DNA from: an uncultured Oscillospiraceae bacterium
Lineage (GTDB): Bacteria > Bacillota > Clostridia > Christensenellales > CAG-138
Reading direction: 5' to 3'
Assembly (NCBI GenBank): GCA_964636685.1
Contig: CAZWUK010000001.1
Coordinates: forward strand, 36,053-100,052
Length of the DNA stretch: 64,000 nucleotides
Made by a program: the position numbers and the translations under genes. Within the stretch, counting starts at the first letter, position 1; each line of letters starts with the position of its first letter. This document shows, piece after piece, positions 9,105 to 19,712 of the stretch. The notes below the pieces were generated by a model. That model saw only the letters and a program-made list of their open reading frames with translations. It was not told the DNA's origin and did not search any database.

Positions 9105-9473
9105 TTATTTGAGTTCTGCGGTCGCGCCAACTTCCTTGAAAGAGGCAACCATCTTCTCGGCTTCTTCCTTGGCAACGGCTTCCTTGACGGTCTTGGGCGC
9201 GCCATCGACCACATCTTTGGCTTCTTTGAGGCCCAGTCCGGTCAGCTCGCGGACAACCTTGATAACCTTGATCTTCTCGGGGCCGACTTCCTTCAGAACC
9301 ACGTCGAACTCGGTCTTTTCTTCCACCGCTTCTGCGGCGGCGGCTACCGGTGCTGCAGACACTGCGGCCGCGGCTGCGGATACGCCAAATTCTTCTTCCA
9401 GTGCTTTCACAAGCTCGCTGAGCTCAAGAACGGACATTGCTTTAATATCAGCAATCAGTTTTTCCTTATCCAT
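9105..9473 (-). CDS. rplL: 50S ribosomal protein L7/L12
   Basis: 122 aa: [31 protein letters not shown]...Ala-rich hinge...[16 protein letters not shown]. Confidence 0.97.
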   Translation of the reverse strand: MDKEKLIADIKAMSVLELSELVKALEEEFGVSAAAAAVSAAPVAAAAEAVEEKTEFDVVLKEVGPEKIKVIKVVRELTGLGLKEAKDVVDGAPKTVKEAVAKEEAEKMVASFKEVGATAELK

Positions 9474-9540
9474 TGATGAAATCCTCCATAAAATTTTGTG
9501 CGGTCATTGCCGCCAGTTTTTTTTGTAATTTACGCGGCAA

Positions 9541-10053
9541 TTATTCCGCGGCGCCTTCGCCCATCTTCTTGGCGATCTGATCGAGCACAATTGCGAGACC
9601 GGAGACCGGACTCATCATGCTGCCCAACATACGTGCGATCAGCACGTCGCGGGACGGCAGATCCGCAATCGCATTCATGTCTGCTGCATTCGTGACGGAG
9701 CCTTCGACGATACCGCCTTTCAGCTCGCACTTTTTCAGCTTCTTGATGGATTCCTTCAGAATCTTTGCCGGAGCCACCGCGTCGTCATAGCTAATGGCGA
9801 ATGCGGAAGGCCCGTGCAGCATGTCTTTGATGGAAGCATCAATCCCCGCCGCTTCGCAGGCACGTGCAACGATGTGGTTCTTTAAAACCGCATAATCGAC
9901 GTTGGCTGCGCGCAGCTGATTGCGAAGCCCGGTGTCCTCCTCGACCGTCAGTCCTCGATAATCGAACACGACGACGGAAGCGGCCTTCTGGATCTTTTCG
10001 GTGATCTCAGCGACCTGAGCGGCCTTTGCTGCAATATTTTGCTGGTTTGCCAT
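9541..10053 (-). CDS. rplJ: 50S ribosomal protein L10
   Basis: 170 aa with VVFDYRGLTVEEDTGLRNQLR motif; position immediately upstream of rplL. Confidence 0.95.
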   Translation of the reverse strand: MANQQNIAAKAAQVAEITEKIQKAASVVVFDYRGLTVEEDTGLRNQLRAANVDYAVLKNHIVARACEAAGIDASIKDMLHGPSAFAISYDDAVAPAKILKESIKKLKKCELKGGIVEGSVTNAADMNAIADLPSRDVLIARMLGSMMSPVSGLAIVLDQIAKKMGEGAAE

Positions 10054-10185
10054 GGTGTAGTTTCACCTCCTCAATGAAAAATCCCCTCGCCGCAAGACGA
10101 GAGGATAGAAAAGCATTTTTGCTTTTCACCTCGGCAGGATTTACGCATTTGCATGCTACCGGCTGTCTACGGCGAATTTTTATCT
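10054..10185 (-). ncRNA. rplJL 5' leader (ribosomal protein L10 leader-type attenuator, candidate)
   Basis: About 130-nt untranslated leader between an internal promoter and rplJ. It ends in CCTCTCG-tcttgcgg-CGAGGGG plus ATTTTTC just before the SD. The position and attenuator hairpin match the Firmicutes L10 leader; I did not check covariation. Confidence 0.5.
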
Positions 10186-10190
10186 TGACT

Positions 10191-10219
10191 ATAATACCAT
10201 AGATCAAGATACCTGTCAA
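10191..10219 (-). promoter_or_regulatory. Internal sigmaA promoter for rplJ-rplL (TTGACA-17-TATTAT)
   Basis: Reverse complement of 10214-10219 is TTGACA and of 10191-10196 is TATTAT, with exact 17-nt spacing. Confidence 0.65.
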
Positions 10220-10250
10220 TGCGCCGTTTGACGCATCGACAGTTTTTAGA

Positions 10251-10940
10251 TTAGAACCTCACGGGGTTGAACTTGACGCCCGGGCCCATGCAGCTGGACA
10301 GCACCACGCTCTTGAGGTAGGTGCCCTTTGCGGCGGACGGCTTTGCTTTGATGATGGCTTCCATCAGCGTGTTCAGGTTCTCCTCCAGCTTGTCCGCGCC
10401 AAAGGACTTTTTGCCAATGGGGCAGTGGATGATGCTGGTCTTGTCCACGCGGTATTCCACCTTACCGGCCTTGATCTCGGCAATGGCCTTCGCCACATCC
10501 ATGGTGACTGTGCCGCTCTTGGGGTTCGGCATCAGGCCCTTGGGGCCGAGCACACGACCGATGCGTCCGACGACGCCCATCATATCCGGGGTCGCAACGC
10601 AAACGTCGAAGTCAAACCAGTTCTCGGTCTGGATCTTCTTGACCATATCCTCGTCGCCTACGTAATCGGCGCCGGCCTCCAGTGCCTCATGCGCCTTGTC
10701 GGCCTTTGCAAAGACCAATACGCGAACGTTCTTGCCGGTACCGTGGGGCAGGACTACTGCGCCGCGAACCTGCTGGTCTGCGTGACGGGGATCGACGCCC
10801 AAACGAACGGCGACCTCGATGGTCTCATCGAACTTTGCCTTTGCGCTGTCAAGGACGAGATCCAAGCCTTCACGGACATCGTACTGCTTTGCGTTGTCGA
10901 TGTTCTTCTTGCTGTCGATATAATGCTTACCGTGCTTCAT
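10251..10940 (-). CDS. rplA: 50S ribosomal protein L1
   Basis: 229 aa: [33 protein letters not shown] motifs. Confidence 0.97.
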   Translation of the reverse strand: MKHGKHYIDSKKNIDNAKQYDVREGLDLVLDSAKAKFDETIEVAVRLGVDPRHADQQVRGAVVLPHGTGKNVRVLVFAKADKAHEALEAGADYVGDEDMVKKIQTENWFDFDVCVATPDMMGVVGRIGRVLGPKGLMPNPKSGTVTMDVAKAIAEIKAGKVEYRVDKTSIIHCPIGKKSFGADKLEENLNTLMEAIIKAKPSAAKGTYLKSVVLSSCMGPGVKFNPVRF

Positions 10941-10952
10941 CTTCGTCCTCCC

Positions 10953-11378
10953 TTAGTCCCCGACCACAACGCCCATCGAGCGGGCGGTGCCGGCGATCAT
11001 GCTCATTGCGGATTCGACGCTTGCGGCGTTGAGATCCTTCATCTTGAGCTCCGCGATCTCCTTGACCTGCGCCTTGGTGATCGTTGCGACCTTGTTCTTG
11101 TTCGGCGCGCCGGAAGCGGTGTCAATGCCGCATGCCTTCTTAATCAGGATGGCGGCCGGCGGCGTCTTGGTAACGAAAGAGAAGGAACGATCCTGATAGA
11201 CCGTAATCACGACGGGGATGATAAGCCCCGCCTGTTTATTCGTTCTCTCGTTGAATTCTTTGCAGAACCCCATGATGTTCACGCCGTGCTGACCCAGTGC
11301 GGGGCCGACCGGCGGTGCGGGCGTCGCCTTGCCCGCGGGGATTTGCAGCTTAATGAAGCCAGTGATTTTCTTTGCCAT
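10953..11378 (-). CDS. rplK: 50S ribosomal protein L11
   Basis: 141 aa: [43 protein letters not shown]. Confidence 0.97.
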   Translation of the reverse strand: MAKKITGFIKLQIPAGKATPAPPVGPALGQHGVNIMGFCKEFNERTNKQAGLIIPVVITVYQDRSFSFVTKTPPAAILIKKACGIDTASGAPNKNKVATITKAQVKEIAELKMKDLNAASVESAMSMIAGTARSMGVVVGD

Positions 11379-11487
11379 TGCAGTTCCCTCCGTATTATTT
11401 TTGGTGGTGCGAGCGGGGTGCCTCCCCCTCCCACATCTTATTCAGGCGCAGACTGCGCCAAATAAGCTTGATACAGCTTGTCCGGGC

Positions 11488-12063
11488 TCAGAGCTTCTGA
11501 ACCTGAACAAAATCCAGCTCGACAGGCGTTTCGCGGCCAAACATAGAAACGGTCAGCTTTACTTTCTGACGTTCCACATCCAACTGCTCCACCTTGCCGA
11601 TGAAGTTTTCCAGCGGGCCGGAAATAACGCGGACGTTTTCGCCCACCTCGATGTTGAGCACGATCGGGATGCGCTCTACGCCCATTGCCGTCACTTCCTC
11701 GTCGGAAAGGGGCACGGGCTTGCTTCCCGGGCCGACAAAGCCGGTCACGCCGCGTGTGTTGCGAACAACATACCAAGCGCGGGGATTCATCACGAGGTCG
11801 ATTGTCGTACCGCCCTCAGCGCGTTCCTTTTCCACAACATCGACCAGCATCTTGACCATCACATAACCGGGATAGACCTTCCGCTGGGTAACTTTGCGCT
11901 TGCCCGTCGGCAAAACTTCGATGGTCTCCTCCGTAGGGTACTTAACCTCCAGGATAATATCCTGCAGACCCAGATTCTCCACAGACTTTTCAAGGTCTTC
12001 CTTGACCTTGTTTTCATACCCGGAATAGGTATGTACCACGTACCATTTTGCTTCCTGGTTCAT
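11488..12063 (-). CDS. nusG: Transcription termination/antitermination factor NusG
   Basis: 191 aa: KWYVVHTYSGYENKVKEDL NGN domain and C-terminal KOW (GENVRVISGPLENFIGKVEQL). Confidence 0.95.
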   Translation of the reverse strand: MNQEAKWYVVHTYSGYENKVKEDLEKSVENLGLQDIILEVKYPTEETIEVLPTGKRKVTQRKVYPGYVMVKMLVDVVEKERAEGGTTIDLVMNPRAWYVVRNTRGVTGFVGPGSKPVPLSDEEVTAMGVERIPIVLNIEVGENVRVISGPLENFIGKVEQLDVERQKVKLTVSMFGRETPVELDFVQVQKL

Positions 12064-12067
12064 ATCC

Positions 12068-12319
12068 TTACCCGATCTTCAGCGACGTCAGCGCGCCAAT
12101 TCCGGAGGAGAATGCCAGATCGAGCACATAGATCAATGCGGCCATCGCAAGCACGAAAACCACAACCGCAACCGTATGCGAAAGCAGTTCCTTGCCGGTC
12201 AGCCACGTGAGTTTTTTCAGCTCGCCGAACATTTCGCGGAAATAGCGAATCGGATGAAAACGCCGCTCTTTCTTGTCCTTCTTGACCTTCTTATCGGTCT
12301 TTTTTTCGGTCGTTGCCAT
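12068..12319 (-). CDS. secE: Preprotein translocase subunit SecE
   Basis: 83 aa from MATTEKK..., with a basic N-terminus, FREMFGELKKLTW motif and a single C-terminal TM. The track ORF (144 aa) over-extends through rpmG. Confidence 0.9.
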   Translation of the reverse strand: MATTEKKTDKKVKKDKKERRFHPIRYFREMFGELKKLTWLTGKELLSHTVAVVVFVLAMAALIYVLDLAFSSGIGALTSLKIG

Positions 12320-12335
12320 AAGCTCCTTCTTTCCC

Positions 12336-12485
12336 TTACTTCGATTCTCTGTGCAGGGTATGTTTGCGGCAGAATCTGCAGTACTTGTTGAACTCAAGGC
12401 GATCGGGATCGTTCTTTTTGTTCTTAAACGTGTTGTAGTTTCTCTGCTTGCACTCTGTGCAGGCCAATGTGATCTTAACGCGCAT
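12336..12485 (-). CDS. rpmG: 50S ribosomal protein L33
   Basis: My own translation (too short for the track): [49 protein letters not shown], 49 aa with CxxC...CxxC. Confidence 0.9.
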   Translation of the reverse strand: MRVKITLACTECKQRNYNTFKNKKNDPDRLEFNKYCRFCRKHTLHRESK

Positions 12486-12675
12486 TTTGAAAGCCCCTCC
12501 ATTTAATAAGGTCAAAGCATCTTAAATAAGCCCCTTTCGGGGGCACCTTAATAAGGTACCATAACGAGTCGTCCATGTCAACCGCAATTTTCATAAAAGC
12601 CCGCCCTAAGACCGGCGTTTTTTCCGATCCGCGGGTTAAAAAGGCAATGTGAAAATCTCGCGCGGCCTCCCGCTA

Positions 12676-14007
12676 TCATTTGCCGGCGACGTTCAGCTTG
12701 TCAAACAGAATGCTCGGCGACGCGCTGTATGTCCCGGACGGAAGCGTAAATTTCATGTCGCTGCCCACCGCGATAACGTTCTGCAGCATTGCAAGGAAGT
12801 TGCCCGCCAATGTAATCTGTGCGACCGAACCCGTCACCTGCCCGTTCTCCACACGCTGTCCGGCGGCCTTGAGCGAAAAATCGCCGGAAATTGCGTCCAG
12901 ACCTGCGTGCAGTCCTTCCAGCTCCGTAATAATAAGACCGTCGCCCATTTCTTCCGTCAACGCGCGAAGGCTCTGCTTGCCCGGCGCAATGCACAGTACG
13001 CTTGCGCCCACGCCGACTGCGGAAGCAGCCGACGGCCGCACGCCGTTGCCCGTCGAAGCAACGCCCGCCTTTTTCGCGGTTTTCAGATTGTGCAGGAGCG
13101 TTTTGAGCACGCCGTTTTCCACCAGCGCCTTTTTGTAACACGGCGTACCCTCGTCGTCAAAGGCACGCGGCGCAATCGGATGGAACGGATCGTCGAAGAT
13201 GGTGATCTTTTCGTCCGCAATCTTTTCCCCTTCTCTGTTTGCAAGCAGGGAGCAACCCTTTTGCGCTTCATCTGCGGAAAACATACCGAGGAACGCTTCC
13301 ATCAGATCCGCCATCGCGGTGTTTCGAAGGATGACGCGATATGCGCCCGAAGGCACCGGCTCTGCGCCGAACTTTTCGGCCGCCTCCGCAACCGCTTCTC
13401 TGGCACAGCCCTCGACGTCGGCGGCGTCCGTTCCGGAGCGGAACACAAGCCCCGTTCGAACCTCGCCGTCCTGCTCGAGGATTGGCTGCACATAGCAGTA
13501 ATCCATGCCGTCGGTACGCTCCGCGGAAAGCCCCAGCGTGTTGTAGATGCCGATGCTGCCCGTGGAGGAGCCAACCTCGCAGTAGGATACCCGTTTGACG
13601 CGCGGATCTGCCGCCAGAGCGGTTTTTTCCATGCGCTTGGCAAGATCGATCTTCTCCTGCTCGGAAAGCTTTGAGAGGGCTCCCTGCGTCGTCTGGACGG
13701 TCTGATATGTACAGCGTCCCTGCATGGGATGCTCGTCTGCGATCTCGATGGCGCGTGCGTTTTCCATGGCACGCTGCACCAGCGCGACCGGATCTTCCGG
13801 ATGCTCGGTGTACGCATAGCCGTTTTTCCCGTTCACCTGCACGCGAAGGCTCAAACCACCCTGCGTGCTGACGGCATATCGATCCAGCTCGCCGTTCAGC
13901 ACTGTCGCTTCAAAGGAATCCGACTTGGCAGAATAGGTTTCCGCCGCCTCGCAGCCATGTGAGAGCGCAAGCTCCAGCAGTTTTTTTTCAAATACGCGGT
14001 CTTCCAT
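12676..14007 (-). CDS. pmbA: TldE/PmbA family metalloprotease subunit
   Basis: About 443 aa from MEDRVFEKKLLELAL..., with the TldD/PmbA fold C-terminal region. Its start overlaps the tldD stop by 1 nt (TAATG). Confidence 0.85.
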   Translation of the reverse strand: MEDRVFEKKLLELALSHGCEAAETYSAKSDSFEATVLNGELDRYAVSTQGGLSLRVQVNGKNGYAYTEHPEDPVALVQRAMENARAIEIADEHPMQGRCTYQTVQTTQGALSKLSEQEKIDLAKRMEKTALAADPRVKRVSYCEVGSSTGSIGIYNTLGLSAERTDGMDYCYVQPILEQDGEVRTGLVFRSGTDAADVEGCAREAVAEAAEKFGAEPVPSGAYRVILRNTAMADLMEAFLGMFSADEAQKGCSLLANREGEKIADEKITIFDDPFHPIAPRAFDDEGTPCYKKALVENGVLKTLLHNLKTAKKAGVASTGNGVRPSAASAVGVGASVLCIAPGKQSLRALTEEMGDGLIITELEGLHAGLDAISGDFSLKAAGQRVENGQVTGSVAQITLAGNFLAMLQNVIAVGSDMKFTLPSGTYSASPSILFDKLNVAGK

Positions 14008-15404
14008 TACAGCGCGCCTCCTTTTCCACCAATGGTGATCTCCGTCACGCGAATGCGCGGCTGACCGACGTTGGTCGGCACGGAGCCGGAAAGCGAGCCG
14101 CACATCCCCTGTCCCATCCACATGGTTTTGCCCACGCGGTCGATCCGTTTGAGAATCTCCGCGCCCTTTCCGATCAGCATTGCGCCGCGAACGGGCGTGA
14201 GAATCTTGCCGTCGCGTACCCAGTAGCCCTCGCTGACGATGAAATCAAATTCACCCGTGACCGGGTTGACCGAGCCGCCGCCCATCTTCTTTGCGTACAA
14301 TCCCTCGCCCATGGTGGCGATCATCTCCGCGTCGTCGTCCGTTCCCGGCATGATAAACGTGTTGGTCATGCGGGAGGTCGGCGCGAACGTGTATCCCTGC
14401 CGGCGGGAAGATCCCGTCACCGGCATTCCCATGATTCGGCTGCCCAGCCGATCGATGAGATAGCCCTTGAGCACGCCGTTCTCGATCAGTACGTTCCTTT
14501 GTCCCGGCGTTCCTTCGTCGTCAATATTGATTGTGCCCCATTCCCCCGGCATTGTGCCGTCGTCGCAGGCGCTCACGCAATCGGACGCGATCTTTTGCCC
14601 AAGCTTGCCGCAAAATTCCGAATTGCCCTTTGCGACGCTCGTTGCTTCCAAGCTGTGTCCGCAGGCCTCATGGAAAATGACGCCGCCGAAGCCACCGTCG
14701 ATCACGACGGGCAAGACGCCCGCCGGACAATCCGGCGCATGGAGCATCGTCACGGCAGTGTTTGCCGCCATACGGGCACGTGCGTCCAGGTCGATCTTCT
14801 GGCGGTATGCTTCAAAGCCTAAGCAGCAGCCCGGCGATTCATAGCCCGTCTGCGCCTGCGTCTTTTGCATGGCGACCGCCTGCACAAAGCTTCTGGTTCT
14901 CGGACGGACATCCGTCTTAAACAGCCCTTCGGTATTGCAGATCAGGACGCGCTGCACCTTGTCAAAGTACTGTGCCGCCACCTGTGTGATCTCTGCCGAT
15001 TCCGCTTTGCAGGCTTTGGACGCGTTTTTAAGGAGCGCGATCCGCGCGCTGTTTTCGATTTCAGAAAACGGGCGGGCAACCGGCGTATCGTACGCGCAGG
15101 CGGCAAACCGTACCGTCCCAAATTCTTTTTTCACGCCCGGCAAGGCTGCCGCCGCCGCGCGCGCCGTACGGAGCAAGCCCTCCCGGCTGGTATCCACCGT
15201 GTACGCATAGGCGCTTCGGTTCCCCAGCAATACGCGAACGCCCGCGCCGTGGAGGCGGGTATATCCCGCATTCTCAACCTCTCCGTCAATCATGGAGATA
15301 CGGTTGGATTCGCTGTCTTCCAGGAAAAGCTCGGCAAAATCCGCGCCGTTGTCCATTGCCGACGCCAGCACCGCGTTGGCAATCGTCTGATCGATCAATG
15401 TCAT
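14007..15404 (-). CDS. tldD: TldD family metalloprotease
   Basis: 465 aa containing the HEACGHSLE zinc-binding motif characteristic of TldD. Confidence 0.9.
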   Translation of the reverse strand: MTLIDQTIANAVLASAMDNGADFAELFLEDSESNRISMIDGEVENAGYTRLHGAGVRVLLGNRSAYAYTVDTSREGLLRTARAAAAALPGVKKEFGTVRFAACAYDTPVARPFSEIENSARIALLKNASKACKAESAEITQVAAQYFDKVQRVLICNTEGLFKTDVRPRTRSFVQAVAMQKTQAQTGYESPGCCLGFEAYRQKIDLDARARMAANTAVTMLHAPDCPAGVLPVVIDGGFGGVIFHEACGHSLEATSVAKGNSEFCGKLGQKIASDCVSACDDGTMPGEWGTINIDDEGTPGQRNVLIENGVLKGYLIDRLGSRIMGMPVTGSSRRQGYTFAPTSRMTNTFIMPGTDDDAEMIATMGEGLYAKKMGGGSVNPVTGEFDFIVSEGYWVRDGKILTPVRGAMLIGKGAEILKRIDRVGKTMWMGQGMCGSLSGSVPTNVGQPRIRVTEITIGGKGGAL

Positions 15405-15430
15405 TTCCTCCTCTGTTTCTTTTCTGCCGG

Positions 15431-15464
15431 ATCAAAGAAAGGCGTTCCTTACGTTGGAACGCCT
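15431..15464 (-). terminator. Hairpin/partial terminator between the 89-aa membrane protein gene and tldD
   Basis: AGGCGTTCC-aacgtaa-GGAACGCCT followed by TTCTTTG on the minus strand. Only about 35 nt separate it from the tldD SD, so read-through is plausible. Confidence 0.45.
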
Positions 15465-15471
15465 GATCCGT

Positions 15472-15741
15472 CTAACGAAACCATACCTTGGTGCAAAACA
15501 GGATAAACAAAATCCCCGCCGCAGAAAAAATACCAACCACCGCCAAACCGGCGAGAACCGCATAGAAGGTGTATCTGCGCGCTTCGCGCGGCGTCATGGA
15601 ATCGCCGCTGTCCTTGCGCTGCCGTCGTGCATTTTTTCGCGCGTTCTTCTCATACCAAGGCATCCCGGGCACGTTCATATCGCAAATCACGCGTCCGTCG
15701 TCGTCATCGTATTGTTTTTGCCGTTCTTTATCCGTTGTCAT
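15472..15741 (-). CDS. Small C-terminally anchored membrane protein, unknown function
   Basis: 89 aa from MTTDKERQ... with an acidic/basic N-terminus and one C-terminal TM (FYAVLAGLAVVGIFSAAGILFILF). The start overlaps the oppF-like stop by 14 nt. Confidence 0.5.
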   Translation of the reverse strand: MTTDKERQKQYDDDDGRVICDMNVPGMPWYEKNARKNARRQRKDSGDSMTPREARRYTFYAVLAGLAVVGIFSAAGILFILFCTKVWFR

Positions 15742-16771
15742 GATTCTCCGCTTCAGAATCATACAAATGGCATACGACCATATGCCCAGGCTCAATCTCA
15801 TATGCCTTCGGTGCAACCTTTTTGCAAATTTCCATGCAGTTGCGGCAGCGGGTATGGAATTTACAGCCCGACGGCGGATTTGCCGGACTCGGGATGCTGC
15901 CTTCCAGAATGATGCGGTTCATTTTTGCATCGGGATCCGGCACCGGAATGGCCGAAAACAGCGCCTGCGTATACGGATGCTTCGGGTTGGTGAATATCTT
16001 TTTCTTGTCGGCATATTCCACCAAATCCCCGAGATACATCACGCCGACCGTATCGGAAATATGCTCGACCACGGAAAGATCGTGGGAGATAAACAGATAC
16101 GTCAGCTTGAATTCCTTCTGCAAATCGCGAAGCAGATTGATGATCTGCGCCTGAATGGAAACATCCAGCGCAGAAACCGGCTCGTCGCAGACCACAAATG
16201 CCGGATTCAGCGCAAGCGCCCTTGCGATGCAGATGCGCTGCCGCTGTCCGCCGGAAAACTCATGTGGATAACGATCCTTGTGATAAGGCTGCAAGCCGCA
16301 GGATTTCATAATACGGTCGATATACGCGCTATATTCGCTCTTGGGAACGATCTCATGCTCCTTGACCGCCTCGCCGATGATCTCTTCCACCGGCAAACGC
16401 GGTGACAGGCTGGAATACGGATCCTGAAAGATCATCTGCATCTTGGGACGCAGCGCGCGCATCTCGTTGTGATCGAGCTTGAAAATATCCACGCCGTTGA
16501 ACAGTACCTCGCCGCTCGTCATGTCGTTGAGCCGCAAAAGCGTCTTTCCGACCGTGGTTTTTCCACAGCCGGATTCGCCGACAAGACCCATCGTCGTGCC
16601 GCGCTCAATGTTGAAGCTGATGCCATCGACCGCTTTCACGTTGCCAACGACGCGCTGCATGACGCCGGCCTTGATCGGAAAGTACTTTTTGAGATTCCGT
16701 ACTTCCAGAACGTACTTATCATCGTGCTTGGAAACGGTCTGATGCCCGTTCATCCTTCTCTTTGTCTCCAT
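15728..16771 (-). CDS. Oligopeptide/dipeptide ABC transporter ATP-binding protein (OppF-like)
   Basis: Walker A GESGCGKTT, signature FSGGQRQR, Walker B VCDEPVSALD, and a C-terminal Cys-rich oligo_HPY tail (SGCKFHTRCRNCMEIC). The start was re-picked at METKRRMNG, 5 nt after the oppD-like stop. Confidence 0.9.
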   Translation of the reverse strand: METKRRMNGHQTVSKHDDKYVLEVRNLKKYFPIKAGVMQRVVGNVKAVDGISFNIERGTTMGLVGESGCGKTTVGKTLLRLNDMTSGEVLFNGVDIFKLDHNEMRALRPKMQMIFQDPYSSLSPRLPVEEIIGEAVKEHEIVPKSEYSAYIDRIMKSCGLQPYHKDRYPHEFSGGQRQRICIARALALNPAFVVCDEPVSALDVSIQAQIINLLRDLQKEFKLTYLFISHDLSVVEHISDTVGVMYLGDLVEYADKKKIFTNPKHPYTQALFSAIPVPDPDAKMNRIILEGSIPSPANPPSGCKFHTRCRNCMEICKKVAPKAYEIEPGHMVVCHLYDSEAENHDNG

Positions 16772-16775
16772 AACA

Positions 16776-17951
16776 TCAGCCCTCCTTCGTTTCGTCGGCA
16801 TAGCGGTAGCAGGCAACCATATGCGTCGGCGAAACATAAATTTCATGCGGGTATTCGCCGTTGCAGGCGGCTACGCACTTTTCACAGCGATCCTTAAAGT
16901 AGCAGTAGTTTGGCATATTGATCGGGTTGGGAACCTGTCCCGGAATGCTGTAAAGGCGCTCCGTGTCACGGTTGACCACGGGCTTTGACGCCATCAGACC
17001 AATCGTATAGGGATGGCACGGATTGTGGAAAACCTCCTCCGCGGTGCCCTTTTCAACAATGCGTCCGGCATACATGACCACGACGTAGTCCGCCATCTCG
17101 GCAATGACCCCCAGGTCATGCGTAATCAGCATGATGCTGGAGTTGATCTTCTCCTTGAGCGTCCGCAAAAGATCCAGAATCTGCGCCTGAATGGTAACGT
17201 CGAGCGCCGTGGTCGGCTCGTCCGCGATGATAAGCTTCGGCGAGCAGGCAAGCGCCATGGCGATCATGATGCGCTGCCGCATGCCGCCGGAAAGCTCATG
17301 CGGGTACATCTTGTAGACGCCTTGGCTGTTTGCGATACCAACCATCTCAATCATTTGGATGGTTCTCTCCCTCACCGCCTCTGCCGTCATCTTCGGGTTA
17401 TGCAGCTGAATGACCTCGTCAATCTGGTCGCCGATCAGAAATACCGGGTTGAGGCTTGTCATAGGCTCCTGAAAGATCATGGACGCCTTGCTGCCGCGCA
17501 CCGTCTGGATCACTTCAGTGGGCGTTTTGGCAATGTCAATCACCTTTTCGCCGGTGTCGAAGCGAATCGCTCCCTCGACAATCTGGCCCTGCGGACGCTG
17601 CACCAGCTGCATCAGCGAAAGACTCATGACGGATTTTCCGCAGCCCGATTCGCCGACGACGCCGACGGTCTTCCCGCGCGGCACTTCGAATGTCACGCCG
17701 TCCACCGCCTTTACCGTCCCGATGTCGGTAAAAAAGTAGGTGTGCAGATTATCAAACTCCACCACGTTGTCCGGATTCTTCATGGTCGTTACGTATTCGG
17801 ATTCCGGAACGTTCTTGCGGTTGCGCTGCTTCTCAATGGCATTGGTAATCTTCCGATTTTTCCGGGAGATACTTGCCGATTCGCGGCGGGAGATATAGTT
17901 CTTTTTGTTTGCGGCGCTCTTTGCCGCAACCTTCATGATATGCTTTTCCAT
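16776..17951 (-). CDS. Oligopeptide/dipeptide ABC transporter ATP-binding protein (OppD-like) with a ~55-aa basic N-terminal extension
   Basis: Walker [28 protein letters not shown], and a C-terminal Cys-rich tail. The ATG lies 4 nt after the oppC-like stop, so the extension appears genuine. Confidence 0.85.
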   Translation of the reverse strand: MEKHIMKVAAKSAANKKNYISRRESASISRKNRKITNAIEKQRNRKNVPESEYVTTMKNPDNVVEFDNLHTYFFTDIGTVKAVDGVTFEVPRGKTVGVVGESGCGKSVMSLSLMQLVQRPQGQIVEGAIRFDTGEKVIDIAKTPTEVIQTVRGSKASMIFQEPMTSLNPVFLIGDQIDEVIQLHNPKMTAEAVRERTIQMIEMVGIANSQGVYKMYPHELSGGMRQRIMIAMALACSPKLIIADEPTTALDVTIQAQILDLLRTLKEKINSSIMLITHDLGVIAEMADYVVVMYAGRIVEKGTAEEVFHNPCHPYTIGLMASKPVVNRDTERLYSIPGQVPNPINMPNYCYFKDRCEKCVAACNGEYPHEIYVSPTHMVACYRYADETKEG

Positions 17952-17955
17952 GCCG

Positions 17956-19700
17956 TTACCTCTTCATCTTCGGGTCGAATGCGTCACGCAGACCGTCGCC
18001 CACGAAGTTAAACCCAAGCACGGTCAACAGGATCAGAAGACCCGCCGGGATCCACATGAACCAGTAATTGGTCATAACATGCGCGTCGGACGCTACGTTT
18101 ATGATGCTTCCCCAGGACGCCAGCGGATATTTCACGCCAAGTCCAAGGAAGCCCAGCGTTGCCTCCGTGATAATGATGCTGCCAAGTCCCGCAGTCGCCT
18201 GAACGATCAACAGCGGCATGACATTGGGCACCAGATGCCGGAAGATTCTCCGGCTTGTACGAATACCCGTCGCTTCCGTCGCAATCATGAAATCCTGTTC
18301 ACGCAGCGTCAGGATCTGTCCACGCACCACGCGCGCAACGCCGGTCCAGCCCAATACGCCGAGAACAAACATCAAGAGGAAAATACGCGCTTTGGGCGAA
18401 ACCTCCAGCGTATCCATAACCGAGCCTAAAATAATGACCATCGGGTAGAACGGAATGCTGTTGAACAGGTCTACAAAGCGCATCAGCGCCGTATCGACCC
18501 AGCCTCCGAAATAACCGGAAATGCCGCCGATGATGATGCCGATGAACAGCTCGATAAAGATGACCACGAAGCCGACCATCAGCGAAACCTGACCGCCATA
18601 CATCAGACGCGTCATGTTGTCCATGCCGTTATTGTCCAATCCCAGCAGATGCTTTGCGGACGGCGTTTCATACATGCGAATCAATTCCGTGTAGGACTCC
18701 GTCTTAACAGTATAGGTTTTGTTGACGCGCACCAGCGTATACTCAACGCTTTCCCCGTCCGCCGATGGATAATCGAAGCGTCCCTGCCGGTCGGCAATCG
18801 CCTGACGTACCATCGCCTTAAAGTCCACGGGCAGGAAAATCGACGTATCCAGCGGATTGACGATAATATCGGATACCTCCGCAAACTCTGCGCCGGAAGC
18901 GTCCAGAATGGTTTCGTTTTCGCCTTCGTAGCTGATCGTATACTTCGCGCCGTCCGCCGTGAAGCTCTTTTCATTCTTGAGAAGCGCAGTCTCGGCCGCG
19001 AGACGGAACGCGTAAGACGACACAAGCGCGCCGTTCTCCTGCGCGTAAGCGTCAAAAACATTCAGTGTGGCGATGGCAATTTCCTGTGTGCTGCAAATCT
19101 TTTGCAGCTTGCCGTTGGACTGAATGAAAAACTCTTTTTCGCCAGCCGTAAAGAATTGTTCGCCGGCGGCCAGCGCGGCTTCAAAAGCCGTCTTGAGCTC
19201 CTCTGTCAGCGGAACAGACGCGTCGATCTGCTTGTATTTGCCAAGCATGATCTCATAGATCGGCTCCATTTTGAAAATCCGATAGAAATTTTCCGATTCC
19301 GCCAGATAGCTGTAGGCAGCGCTGCCGGATTCAAATACGCTCTCGCCCTTGCCCTTTGCGAGCATAAACTTGGCTCGCGCGCCGGAGTCAAACGTTTCCC
19401 CGTCCTTGACGGTGTAGCGCAGTTCCTCGTTATAAATCGCGCTCGCATAGTCCTTTGGCATTAAGCTCTGTCCCTTGAAAACCTGCGTCTGGCCATAGGG
19501 CGAAAACAGAACGCCGACAAACGCAAACAGGAACATTACGATCAGGATCCCAAGACCGATGATCGCCAGCTTATTGCGGATAAAGCGTTTGAATACCAGC
19601 ATGCCGGGAGAGAGCACCTTTACGCGGCGCGCATCGTCCAGCGCCATCTGCTCTTGGTCATGCGACTGCGGTTCCATGTTCTCATTCAAATATTTACGCA
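17956..19700 (-). CDS. ABC transporter permease (OppC-like) with a ~290-aa extracytoplasmic insertion after TM1
   Basis: The C-terminal ~270 aa form a typical BPD_transp_1 permease (EATLGFLGLG...). 581 aa from MRKYLNE (GGAGG 5 nt upstream; the track start is TTG). Confidence 0.85.
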
Positions 19701-19712
19701 TGGGTACCTCCG

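Noticed and set aside
12503-12675. Short GC hairpins (GCCCC-cgaaa-GGGGC; CGCC-...-GGCG) between pmbA and rpmG, considered as a possible riboswitch or attenuator.
   Set aside because: The stems are only 4-5 bp. The region is adequately explained by a pmbA 3' end plus a TTGACA-17-TGgTACCTT promoter for rpmG-secE-nusG, and there is not enough evidence for a distinct element.
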